A stretch of DNA of 64,000 nt from an uncultured Gammaproteobacteria bacterium. GTDB lineage: Bacteria > Pseudomonadota > Gammaproteobacteria > Tethybacterales > Tethybacteraceae. Under the pieces are notes generated by a model that ran no database searches, was not told the origin of the DNA, and was given only the letters and a program-made list of their open reading frames with translations. The number at the start of each line of letters is the position of its first letter. Position 1 is the stretch's first letter. Made by a program: the position numbers and the translations under genes. Of the stretch, positions 27,572 to 36,657 are shown in pieces. The stretch is from positions 3,405 to 67,404 of the forward strand of contig CAZDYI010000049.1 of the NCBI GenBank assembly GCA_964509765.1. Reading direction: 5' to 3'.

Positions 27572-29002
27572 TCATGTAGTTTTTTCCATGGATTCGAGTC
27601 CCAGCGACACGCTGAACTGCGAGGTGGGCAGGAAGGTCACCTCCTTCTTGCGGTCCTCTCCGTAGGCCGTCTTTGTGGTGCAGAAGCAGCCGTCGAAGGA
27701 CTTGGCCTTCTTCTTCCTGCTCCTGACGTGCGCCAGGCTGTCGGCGGACTTGGCATGGCGGTCCCTCTTGTCGCTCCACTTGATTTCGCAGAGCCTGTGG
27801 AGGTAGGCGGCGCCCCTCGGCGTGACAACCATGTCAACCTCCCTGTCAATCCCGTCGCGCCTGTACCTGCAGTAGAACACCTTTTTTCCTGTGACGCTCG
27901 AGGCCGCGAAGCAGTTGTGGTACTGAGTGAGCGCCGCCGCCTCGATGGCGTGTCCCGCATCGTCGTCGTCAATGGAGACCGGGTTGTTGTACAGGCCGTG
28001 CATGTTGGGATTGACCAGGTGGTACTTGCGCGCCGAGTCCTTCTGCAATGCCCGCAGGGCCGACCCGAGCTTGGGCACTTTCCTGATCAGCAGGCATGCC
28101 TCGAGGTACTTCAGGTACTTCTTGATGGTCTCGGGCTCCATTCCCGTCTGCTTCTCGATCGAGTCGATCGAGACCTCCTGGCAGTTGTGTCCGGCAACGT
28201 GCTCGAATATAGTCTCAAGCCCCTCAGCGTCGGTCACCCCGTACAGCTGCGGCAGGGTGCTGAACAGGTCCTTGTCCGGCATGTGCTGCTCATGGTATTC
28301 CCGACGGCCCCTGGCGATCTCGGGATGCAGCACCAGCGCGGGAAACGCGCCGTAGTTGATGTAGTCGATGAAGTCCTCGTTGAGCGAGTTGACCTCCTCC
28401 CGGCCGAGCCTGGCGGACCTGGCCTGCGCGGCGGTTCTCGGCAGGCCGTCCGGCCACTTGCCGGAAAAGTCCAGGTACTCGCAAAACAGAAGTGGCGGCA
28501 GGAAGAACCTGTAGAACCTGCCGGTTCCCGCCTCGGCGCTCTTGCGCTTGAGCTCCGACAGGGCCGATCCGGTGACCGCAAGGCTGATGCCCTTCTCGCG
28601 GTCGGTCAGGTCCTTGACCTCCCGCTCCCAGTCAAGCCGGAACTGGATCTCGTCGAGCACGAACAGCGCCGGCCTGCCCGGGTCCGCAACGGCCTTGAAC
28701 TGCTCCACAAGCGCCGACGGGGAATGCTTGCCCAGCAACGAGTTCTGGTACGACGCGAAGCACACGTTCCTCGGGCTGAACCTGCCGGACGAGATGGCCT
28801 GCCCGACCAGCTGCATGAGCATCACGGTCTTGCCCACCCTCCTCGGCCCGTGCAGCACGGCAGTGAAGGGCAGCTTCGGGTCCAGGGCGATCCGCTCCAC
28901 CTGGGGGTAAAGCATTCTCTTGTGCTCGAACGAGTGCTCCTCGGGGAGGATGTCCGCGTCCCACCAGGGATTGGTGATCCTCAGTATGTCGATGATGCCC
29001 AC
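27572..29002 (-). CDS. AAA+ ATPase / wHTH / PD-(D/E)xK nuclease-like protein (COG1373 type), paralog P4, ~476 aa
   Basis: NPWW, Walker A GPRRVGKT, Walker B LFVLDEIQ, AIEAA...REVDMV...CEIKWSD. Start chosen at GTG 29002 (VGIIDILRITNPWW). Confidence 0.8.
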   Translation of the reverse strand: MGIIDILRITNPWWDADILPEEHSFEHKRMLYPQVERIALDPKLPFTAVLHGPRRVGKTVMLMQLVGQAISSGRFSPRNVCFASYQNSLLGKHSPSALVEQFKAVADPGRPALFVLDEIQFRLDWEREVKDLTDREKGISLAVTGSALSELKRKSAEAGTGRFYRFFLPPLLFCEYLDFSGKWPDGLPRTAAQARSARLGREEVNSLNEDFIDYINYGAFPALVLHPEIARGRREYHEQHMPDKDLFSTLPQLYGVTDAEGLETIFEHVAGHNCQEVSIDSIEKQTGMEPETIKKYLKYLEACLLIRKVPKLGSALRALQKDSARKYHLVNPNMHGLYNNPVSIDDDDAGHAIEAAALTQYHNCFAASSVTGKKVFYCRYRRDGIDREVDMVVTPRGAAYLHRLCEIKWSDKRDRHAKSADSLAHVRSRKKKAKSFDGCFCTTKTAYGEDRKKEVTFLPTSQFSVSLGLESMEKTT

Positions 29003-29009
29003 GGAGTGG

Positions 29010-29065
29010 ATTATACACCAAACCGAATCGATTCGGCTTGATGGATGGATATTCGCAACCAATTG
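29010..29065 (-). promoter_or_regulatory. P4 upstream control region: TATAAT -10, 14-bp palindrome, conserved distal motif
   Basis: On the minus strand, TATAAT (29015-29010) ends 7 nt before GTG 29002 with no SD. The perfect palindrome CCGAATCGATTCGG (29023-29036) sits over the -35 position. The distal motif CAATTGGTTGCGAATATC is at 29065-29048. Confidence 0.5.
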
Positions 29066-29208
29066 ATAAAGCAAAGTAATTTACAATATCTGCTGACCAA
29101 TCGGCATCGTTCCGCCTTGTTGGATGATTTTTTACAACTCATTGATATGCTGAATTTAATTATGTCCGACCCGCCGCAACCTACGAACAGGGGCCGCACG
29201 GGGCTGTC

Positions 29209-30087
29209 CTAGCCCTTGACCCCGGTGCTTGCAACCGACGCGATGAAGGCCCGCTGCAGGCTCAGGTAGAAGGCCAGCACCGGAACCGTGATGATCGACA
29301 GGTATGCCATGACCTCGCCCCAGGCGACGTTCAGCTGGAAGAAGTAGAGCAGGCCGACCATGACCGGACGCACCTCGGACTCCTGCGCGACCATGATCGG
29401 CCACAGGAGCTGGTTGTTGTACATGAACAGGAACTTGAGGATCGCCGCGGTCGCGAAGACCGGCCCCGACAGCGGGACGATGACCAGCAGGTAGATCCTA
29501 AACCAGCTCGCGCCGTCGACGCGGGCCGCCTCGATGAACTCCCTCGGCAGGTCGCGGAAGTACTGCACGAACAGGAAGACCGTCAGCGCGTCGGCGATGA
29601 ACGGGACGATCTGCACGTGGTACGAGCTGATCCAGCCGAACTCGATCCCGTCCGCCCCGACCCACGGCAGCTCGTTTACTATCAGAAGCAGCGGGATCGC
29701 GACCGTCTCGAACGGCAGTATGTAGGTCGCCAGGATCACCGTCAGCACCGCTCCGCGCCCGCGCCACTCGAGGAACACGAAGCTGAAGGCGGCAAGCGAG
29801 CACAAAAACAGCGACAGCGCGAGCGTCACCGAGGTGATCAGCACCGAGTTCCCGACGAAGCGCAGCACCGGCGCCCGGTCGAAGGCCTCCCGGTAGTTGT
29901 CGAGCGAGACGTCCCCGACGGGCAGGAAGGCGCGGAACGAGCCGCTGTCGCGCAGCAGCTGCAGGTCCGGCTTGAGCGACGACACCACCATGAACACCAT
30001 CGGGAAGACGAACACGAGCGCGATCCACGCGAGCAGCGTGTAGCGCAGGGCCAGGCTCGCCGCGCTCAGCCGGCGCACGGGGGTCAC
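29209..30087 (-). CDS. Sugar ABC permease (MalG/CUT1 type), 292 aa
   Basis: 6-TM permease profile. It overlaps the upstream permease by 4 nt. Confidence 0.85.
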   Translation of the reverse strand: MTPVRRLSAASLALRYTLLAWIALVFVFPMVFMVVSSLKPDLQLLRDSGSFRAFLPVGDVSLDNYREAFDRAPVLRFVGNSVLITSVTLALSLFLCSLAAFSFVFLEWRGRGAVLTVILATYILPFETVAIPLLLIVNELPWVGADGIEFGWISSYHVQIVPFIADALTVFLFVQYFRDLPREFIEAARVDGASWFRIYLLVIVPLSGPVFATAAILKFLFMYNNQLLWPIMVAQESEVRPVMVGLLYFFQLNVAWGEVMAYLSIITVPVLAFYLSLQRAFIASVASTGVKG

Positions 30088-31181
30088 TCCCTCTCCCTCG
30101 TCAGGTAGCGCTGCAGCAGCGAGATCGACAGGACGAACAGGAACAGGAACACCGAGATCGCCGAGCCGCCGGCGATGTCCTGCTTGCCGTAGCCGCGCTC
30201 GACCATCTGGAAGACCAGCGACTGCGTCGAGTCAAGCGGACCGCCGTTGGTCATCACCGCGATCTGCGGGTAGAGCGTGAACGCCTGCATCGTGATGATG
30301 ACCATCACCAGGATAGCGGTGTTGCGCAGCCCCGGCCAGGTGACGTAGCGGAAGGTCTGCCACGTCGAGGTCCCCTCGAGGCGCGCGACCTCGTAGAGGG
30401 TCGGCGGTATCGTCTGCAGGCCGCCGAGCCAGATGATCATGTGGAAGCCGACCGACTGCCAGATCGACATCGCGATGATCGCGCCGAGCGCCGTGTTCGT
30501 CTGCCCGAGCCAGTCGACCGGCTCGAAGGCCCCGAAGGTGAAAAAGCCGAGCAGGGTGTTGAGTATCCCGTTCTCCCCGTCGTAGATGAAGCGCCACAGC
30601 ATCGACACCACGACGATCGAGATGACCGTCGGCATGAAGTAGATCGTCCGGAATATGTTGATCCCGCGCAGCGGCTGGTTTATCAGCAGCGCAAGCAGCA
30701 GGGCGAGCGCCGCCTGGGTGGGCGCGACGATCGCGACGAAGGTCACCGTTATCGTCAGCGCCTTCATGAACAGGACGTCGCGCGCGAGTACGACCAGCTG
30801 CCGGTCGTCCCGCAGGGAGAACCGCATCCACTCCCGGGTCTTGTTCAGGTGGGGGTAGTCGGGGTTGTTCCGTGTAAACGTGCGCAGCCTCGGGTACTTC
30901 GGGCTGCCGTCCTCGCCGCGGACGACCGTCCCGTCGCCGGCGCGCTCGGGCTCGAGCGCCAGCGTGTGCACGCCGAGCATCTCCTGGAAGTTGCGCAGCC
31001 CGACGTACTCCGCCGGGTTGGGCGAGAACAGGCGCTGGTTCGTGAACGCGAAGACGAACGCAAGCAGGAAGGGGATGACGAGAAAGCACAGCAGCAGCGC
31101 AGTCGCCGGCGCGGCGAACGCGACGCCCGCTGCGGTCTGGCTCCTCTTCCGGGGCCTGGGCCCGGCGCTGTCCGCCGTCAT
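30084..31181 (-). CDS. Sugar ABC permease (MalF/CUT1 type) with an enlarged first extracytoplasmic loop, 365 aa
   Basis: Permease core plus a ~80-aa loop after TM1 (HTLALEPERAGDGTVVRGEDGSPKYPRLRTFTRNNPDYPHLNKTREW...). Confidence 0.85.
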   Translation of the reverse strand: MTADSAGPRPRKRSQTAAGVAFAAPATALLLCFLVIPFLLAFVFAFTNQRLFSPNPAEYVGLRNFQEMLGVHTLALEPERAGDGTVVRGEDGSPKYPRLRTFTRNNPDYPHLNKTREWMRFSLRDDRQLVVLARDVLFMKALTITVTFVAIVAPTQAALALLLALLINQPLRGINIFRTIYFMPTVISIVVVSMLWRFIYDGENGILNTLLGFFTFGAFEPVDWLGQTNTALGAIIAMSIWQSVGFHMIIWLGGLQTIPPTLYEVARLEGTSTWQTFRYVTWPGLRNTAILVMVIITMQAFTLYPQIAVMTNGGPLDSTQSLVFQMVERGYGKQDIAGGSAISVFLFLFVLSISLLQRYLTRERE

Positions 31182-31270
31182 GGCGTCACGGCCTCGGCGC
31201 TGACGGGTTCAGGCCCGCCGGCGTTCCCTGGGCCGGCGGGCTGGCTTTTCAGGCGTCGCGCCCGCGCGCC

Positions 31271-32530
31271 CTAGCGGTAGCCGTTGTTGCGCTCGACGTC
31301 CGCGTCAATGGCGTCCGCCGCTGCGTCAAGCGCGTCGGCGACGTCCGCGCCGTTGGAGATGTCGGCCATGGCCTTCTCGAACTCCTTGGCCGCGACGACG
31401 TAGGCCGGGGTGACCGCGCGCAGGGTCGCCTGTTGCCTGGACAGCTCGAAGAACGGCTCGAGCGGCCCGCCGCTGCTGTAGTTCTCGGTCATGGCCGTGG
31501 CCGCTCCGGTCGCAGGTATCAGGCCGATTCCGTCAGAGAACTTGGCGAGGTACCTGTCCTGGATGGCGTACTCTATCCATGCACGCGCGCCGTCGGGGTT
31601 CTTCGAGGTCGACGAAACTGCGAACTGCCACGAGGCCGCGCCGATCTTCGGACCGTTGCCGAAGTCGACCGCCGGCAACGCTATGAAGTCGTCGCCGAAC
31701 TTCTCGACCGCCGGCAGGACCGCCCAGTTGCCGTTGAGCTGCAGGGCGTACTTGCCGTCGAGGAAGCCGGTCTCCCTGTCTGCGCCGTCCTGGCTGGTGC
31801 CGGGCGCGTAGCCCTCGGCGAACAGCATCTGCCACCACTCGCCGAAGCGCAGGCCGGCGTCGCCGTTGAGCGTTCCGTCGGCCTTGTTCGCCCTCGCGTC
31901 GAGGATGTCGCCGCCGGACGACTGCAGCATCGGGCCGAAGGCGTAGGGGTACCACTCGCCGGTCCAGGCCATCCCGACGTCGAAGGCGTAGTCGAACTCG
32001 CCGGAGTCCTTGAGCTTCTTGAGCACGCCGTTGAACTCGTCGACGGTCCACGGGTTGCCCAGCGTCGGGATGCGGATGCCGTTCTTCTCGAGCACGCTCT
32101 TGCGCGCGAAGATCGCGCAGGCCGCGTCCCACAGTCCGATGGCGTAGATCGTCCCGTTCCACTCCCCGACGGCGCCGGGAAGGAACGCGTCGATCTTCGA
32201 GCGGTCGATGTTCAGCGGCTCGAGGTAGCCCGCCCATGCCCAGTTCGGCATGATCGGACCGTCAACGTCGATGATGTCCGGCAGGTTGCCTGCAAGCGCC
32301 GCGGCCGAGACCGAGTCGTTGTAGGACTCCTGCGGGAACTCCTCGATGACGACCTTCCAGTCTCCCTGCGAGCCGTTGAAGTCGTTGATGATCTCGAGCA
32401 GGATGGCCCGCTCGGTGTCGCTGCCGGCGCCGTGGTACCACATCGAGATCTCGGTCTGTGCGGACGCGGATCCCACGAGCAGCAGCGGGGCCGCCGCAAC
32501 GGCAACAAGGGCGCTTCTTCCTAGCTTCAT
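31271..32530 (-). CDS. Sugar ABC substrate-binding protein (CUT1), ~419 aa
   Basis: GGAGGA lies upstream of ATG 32530. The signal peptide is MKLGRSALVAVAAAPLLLVGSASAQ. The gene is divergent from the GH32 gene. Confidence 0.85.
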   Translation of the reverse strand: MKLGRSALVAVAAAPLLLVGSASAQTEISMWYHGAGSDTERAILLEIINDFNGSQGDWKVVIEEFPQESYNDSVSAAALAGNLPDIIDVDGPIMPNWAWAGYLEPLNIDRSKIDAFLPGAVGEWNGTIYAIGLWDAACAIFARKSVLEKNGIRIPTLGNPWTVDEFNGVLKKLKDSGEFDYAFDVGMAWTGEWYPYAFGPMLQSSGGDILDARANKADGTLNGDAGLRFGEWWQMLFAEGYAPGTSQDGADRETGFLDGKYALQLNGNWAVLPAVEKFGDDFIALPAVDFGNGPKIGAASWQFAVSSTSKNPDGARAWIEYAIQDRYLAKFSDGIGLIPATGAATAMTENYSSGGPLEPFFELSRQQATLRAVTPAYVVAAKEFEKAMADISNGADVADALDAAADAIDADVERNNGYR

Positions 32531-32652
32531 GAACTTCCTCCGTTGTGAGACAAGCCGATAAATTGTATAACCTGTCCGGCGCGCCCTGCAGCAGGCGCGG
32601 TCGCAACAGAGCAGCATGAAAAAAAGGGCCTCACGGTTGCAGGAAGGGGAGC

Positions 32653-34368
32653 ATGGCTGAGCAGGCCGTCAGCTTCCGGGCCGGAGAGCGCCTTGAGCTG
32701 TGGCTCAAGAACGCAGGGGCCGGTGGCGACGCGGCCTTCAGGCTTTCCGCAAGGGGGAAGGTCCTGCACGAGATGCGGCCGGGGGGCCACTTCGCGCACC
32801 ACTGCCTCGAGGTGTCCGAGGCCGGGGCGGTCCTGGTTGAGTGGGACGGCGCGGCGACCGCGTTCGGCTACGCATGCAGCTACGTCCCCGAAGCGGTTGC
32901 GGAGGAGGGCGTCACCCTCTGGGAGTTCGGCGAGGACGGGATCGAGACGCGCTCGGGCGCGGAGCTCGACAGGTGGATGAGCAGCGATCCCCGCCGGCCA
33001 GTCATGCACTTCTCGCCGCCGAGGTTCTGGACGAACGACCCGAACGGCCTGTGCAGGATCGGCGACGTCTGGCACATGTTCTACCAGTTCCATCCCTGCG
33101 GGACGGAGTGGGGCCCGATGCACTGGGGCCACGCGGCAAGCAGGGACCTCTTTTCCTGGACCCACCTGCCGGTCTTCCTCCATCCGGAGAGCGACCTCTA
33201 CGCCCTCGGCGCCGACGGCGGCGCGTTCTCCGGCGGCGCGTTCCCCGGCGGCGACGGGGGGATTTCCTTCTCCTACACCGAGCGCCTGCCGTTCACCGAC
33301 GAGAAGGTCTTCACCGAGGTCCAGAAGGTCGCTGCAGGCGGCGGCCTGGTGCATGCCGGCGCAACGCGAATCGCGGTCGGCTCGCCGCCGCCCGGGGCGG
33401 GCCCGCACTTCCGCGACCCGAGGGTGGTCAAGCTGGAAGGCGGCGGCTGGCGCATGGTCGTCGGAAGCGTCCTCGACGGCAACCCGGCCGCGCTCATGTA
33501 CGGCTCGGACGACCTGGACTCCTGGACTTACATGGGCCCGCTGTACGTCGCGCCGGAGCGCTTCGGGCGGGAGGGGGCAGCGGCGCTCGAGTGCCCGGAC
33601 CTGGTCGCAGTCGGCGGCAGGCACGCGCTGGTCTTCAACATGTACGGGCACAGTGACCCCGCGACCGGGCTGCGCAACCCGGTGCTTTCCCTCGTCGGCG
33701 ACTTCGACGGCGAGCGGTTCGAACCCGCCGGGGACGAGCCGCAGCTGCTCGACTTCGGCGGCGACTTCTATGCCTTCCAGTCCTTCCTTGTGCCCGACGG
33801 GGAGCGTGCCGTTGCCCTGGCATGGGTCAACAACTGGATGTCGGACGGCGGGGGAGGCGGCATCTACACAGGCGAGATGTCCCTGCCGCGCGAGCTGTCC
33901 CTCACCGAGGACGGCTGGCGCCTTCGCATGCAGCCCGCGCGAGAGGTCGACGAAGCCTGGCCCGCGTCGCCCCTTGAGGCGGGCGCAGGCGGCGGCTGCG
34001 CGCTGCCGGGCGGCCCCTTCGAGGTCAGGGTCACCGGGATCGGCGCCGGGGATGCGGTTCGAATAGCCGCGACGGAAGGAGGGCAGGAGTCGTTCGCGGT
34101 CGAGCTCGGGGAAGGCAAGATCTCGATTGCGGTCCCCGGCGACGGCGGGCCGTCGCGCCGAAGCGCCGCGACGGACGGCATCCGCGACCTGCGCGTCTTC
34201 TTCGACCGAGGCATAGTCGAGGTGTTCGCCGCCGGCGGGGAGGTCTGCGGAACGGCAAGGATCCGAGAGGCGGTCGCGCCCGACCGCCTCGAGGTGCAGG
34301 CCGCCGCTGGCGACGCCGGGGTTTTCCGCCGCCGCCGTGCGGCGGGGGCCTCTACGGGCGCGGGCTGA
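32653..34368 (+). CDS. GH32 beta-fructofuranosidase (sucrose/fructan hydrolase) with a ~115-aa N-terminal extension, 571 aa
   Basis: GH32 catalytic motifs WTNDPNG, FRDP (HFRDPRV) and ECPD (LECPDL). There is no signal peptide. Confidence 0.85.
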   Translation: MAEQAVSFRAGERLELWLKNAGAGGDAAFRLSARGKVLHEMRPGGHFAHHCLEVSEAGAVLVEWDGAATAFGYACSYVPEAVAEEGVTLWEFGEDGIETRSGAELDRWMSSDPRRPVMHFSPPRFWTNDPNGLCRIGDVWHMFYQFHPCGTEWGPMHWGHAASRDLFSWTHLPVFLHPESDLYALGADGGAFSGGAFPGGDGGISFSYTERLPFTDEKVFTEVQKVAAGGGLVHAGATRIAVGSPPPGAGPHFRDPRVVKLEGGGWRMVVGSVLDGNPAALMYGSDDLDSWTYMGPLYVAPERFGREGAAALECPDLVAVGGRHALVFNMYGHSDPATGLRNPVLSLVGDFDGERFEPAGDEPQLLDFGGDFYAFQSFLVPDGERAVALAWVNNWMSDGGGGGIYTGEMSLPRELSLTEDGWRLRMQPAREVDEAWPASPLEAGAGGGCALPGGPFEVRVTGIGAGDAVRIAATEGGQESFAVELGEGKISIAVPGDGGPSRRSAATDGIRDLRVFFDRGIVEVFAAGGEVCGTARIREAVAPDRLEVQAAAGDAGVFRRRRAAGASTGAG

Positions 34369-34726
34369 ACGCCGCGTAGATCATCGCCGCGATGTCGCCC
34401 TCGAGCGGGAACGAAAGCATGCCGAGGACCGAGTAGCCGAGGATCCACGGCATCACATAGAAGCGGAACATGAAGAAGAACCAGGCGACGTAGAACGGCA
34501 CCAGCGGCCTGACGAGGAATCCCGGCGTGATGGGCCGGAACAGCCTGATGATCGGGTCCGTGGACCTCACGAACACCCTCATGAAGAAGAAGCTCGAGTC
34601 CTCCGGCAGGAAGACGTTCATCGCCGCCCGGCCGATCAGGGTCCACATCACCATGCCGAGTGCGTAGTCGACGACGACCGCCCACAGCGGGATGAACTCC
34701 GCGATTGCGGCGTCGTCTATTTCCAT
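34352..34726 (-). CDS. YggT-family-like small membrane protein, 124 aa
   Basis: Hydrophobic segments, plus STDPIIRLFRPITPGFL resembling the YggT/YlmG TxPxLxPxRxxxP motif. Confidence 0.45.
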   Translation of the reverse strand: MEIDDAAIAEFIPLWAVVVDYALGMVMWTLIGRAAMNVFLPEDSSFFFMRVFVRSTDPIIRLFRPITPGFLVRPLVPFYVAWFFFMFRFYVMPWILGYSVLGMLSFPLEGDIAAMIYAAFSPRP

Positions 34727-34761
34727 CGGGCCTCGCCTGCTGCCTCAGCCCGGAAGGGCGT

Positions 34762-34804
34762 CAAGACAAAGGGGGAGGGGAGCGCCCGGGCGCTCCCCTC
34801 CCCC
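34762..34804 (-). terminator. Terminator-like GC hairpin after the symporter gene
   Basis: A 34-bp near-perfect palindrome GGGGGAGGGGAGCGCC-CG-GGCGCTCCCCTCCCCC (34771-34804) is followed on the minus strand by TTTGTCTTG. Confidence 0.55.
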
Positions 34805-34830
34805 GATGCGGGCGAATGCCAGGAGTTTCC

Positions 34831-36651
34831 TCAGTGGGTCTCCGCGAGCACGCTCTCCCCGGCCGGGTAGCGGACCTCGTCGACCATCCTCTGGGTCTCC
34901 TCGTCCGGCTCGGCGGTCATCAGGCTCACTGCGACCATCGCGACGAGGCTCACCGGCATGCCGATGATCCCGAAGCGCAGGTGGTCGATCCCGAGGACCG
35001 GGTCGCCGCCGGTGCGCACGTACACCAGGTAGGCCGTGCCCGACAGGAACCCGAGCGCCATGCCGGCGATCGCGCCCTGGGTGTTGGCGCGCTTCCACCA
35101 CACGCCGAGCACCAGCGGGAAGAACAGCCCCGAGCACGCGAAGCAGAACGCCCATGCGACCGCCCCGAGGATCCCCGTCAGCTGCAGCGACGCTATGAGC
35201 GCGGCCAGGGCCCCGATCACGATCAGCAGGATCCGGGCGACGATCAGGCGGTGCTTGGTGTCGGCCTTCGGGTCGATGATCTTGTAGTAGAGGTCGTGGC
35301 TGAGCGCGTTCGCGATCGCGAGCAGCAGGCCGTCGGCCGTCGACATCGCAGCGGCCATCCCGCCGGCTGCGACCAACCCCGAGATCACGTACGGCAGGCC
35401 TGCGATCTCCGGCGTCGCGAGAACGACTATGTCAGCGCGCATGAAGAACTCGTTGAGCTGCAGCACCCCGTCGCCGTTGCCGTCCTCGAGGAACAGCATC
35501 TTGACCGCGGTCCACTTCTGCACCCAGTCGAGCGCCATGACGTCCGCGAAGGTCTTGCCGATGATCGCCGTCGGCAGCTCCGCGTCGAGAAGCTGGAGCT
35601 TCGTGAGCGTCGCGAGCGCGGGCGCCGTGAAGTACAGCAGGAAGATGAACAGCAGCGAGAAGGCGACCGACTTGCGCGCCTGGCGCACCGACGGGGTCGT
35701 GAAGTAGCGCATCAGGATGTGCGGCAGAGAGGCGGTGCCCGCCATCATGCAGAGCGCGAGCGTGACGAAGCCCCAGCTCTGCGCGCCGCCCTGCGGGTCG
35801 TTGTGCGGGGTGGAAAGGATGCGCACGCCGCCGAAGTCCGGCTTGACGGTCGCGGGCTCGCCGAGGCCGACCACCGGCTCGAGCTCGGCGATCCTCTGGA
35901 CCGCGTCGCCGTAGCTGAAGTGCGGGATGATCCCGAAGCCCTGCTTGTTTGACATCCAGATCACGGGAACCAGGTAGGCGATGATCAGCACGATGTACTG
36001 CGCGACCTGCGTCCAGGTGACCGCCCGCATGCCGCCGAGCATCGAGCACAGCAGGATGCCGATCAGGCCGAACCACACGCCGGCCTCGAACGGGATCTGC
36101 AGCGCGCGCGCGGCGATCGTCCCGGTCGCGTTGATCTGCGCGGTCACGTAGGTGAACGACGCGACGACCAGGATCAGGACCGCGATCAGCCGGGCAACGT
36201 TTCCGCCGTAGCGCGTGCCGATGAAGTCGGGGACCGTGTAGCAGCCGAACTTGCGCAGGTACGGCGCCATCAGCGAGTTGACCAGCACGTAGCCGCCGGT
36301 CCAGCCGACGACGAAGCCGAGGTAGCTGTACCCGCCGAAGTAGACCCCGCCCGCCAGCGCGACGAAAGACGCGCCGGACATCCAGTCCGCCGCGGTCGCC
36401 ATGCCGTTGTAGACCGCGGGCACCTCGCGTCCGGCGACGTAGTACGCCCCGACCTGCATGGTCCGCGACAGCCAGCCGATGGCGGCGTAGATCAGGATGG
36501 TGAAGGCGACGAACAGGATGCCGATCGCCTCGGCCGAGACGCCGACCTGCTCGAGGATCGCCATGAGGATGACGAAGACGAGGAAGCCGCCGGTGTACAG
36601 GCCGTACACCTTGTTGAGGTTGTCTACGAACCTCCCTTTGATGAAAGCCAT
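34831..36651 (-). CDS. Sodium:solute symporter (SSF; VC_2705/ActP-like subfamily), 606 aa
   Basis: ~13-14 TM profile. The N-terminus is MAFIKGRFVDNLNKVYGLYTGGFLVFV. It lies directly downstream of a DUF4212 small-subunit gene. Confidence 0.85.
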   Translation of the reverse strand: MAFIKGRFVDNLNKVYGLYTGGFLVFVILMAILEQVGVSAEAIGILFVAFTILIYAAIGWLSRTMQVGAYYVAGREVPAVYNGMATAADWMSGASFVALAGGVYFGGYSYLGFVVGWTGGYVLVNSLMAPYLRKFGCYTVPDFIGTRYGGNVARLIAVLILVVASFTYVTAQINATGTIAARALQIPFEAGVWFGLIGILLCSMLGGMRAVTWTQVAQYIVLIIAYLVPVIWMSNKQGFGIIPHFSYGDAVQRIAELEPVVGLGEPATVKPDFGGVRILSTPHNDPQGGAQSWGFVTLALCMMAGTASLPHILMRYFTTPSVRQARKSVAFSLLFIFLLYFTAPALATLTKLQLLDAELPTAIIGKTFADVMALDWVQKWTAVKMLFLEDGNGDGVLQLNEFFMRADIVVLATPEIAGLPYVISGLVAAGGMAAAMSTADGLLLAIANALSHDLYYKIIDPKADTKHRLIVARILLIVIGALAALIASLQLTGILGAVAWAFCFACSGLFFPLVLGVWWKRANTQGAIAGMALGFLSGTAYLVYVRTGGDPVLGIDHLRFGIIGMPVSLVAMVAVSLMTAEPDEETQRMVDEVRYPAGESVLAETH

Positions 36652-36657
36652 TTCCGT

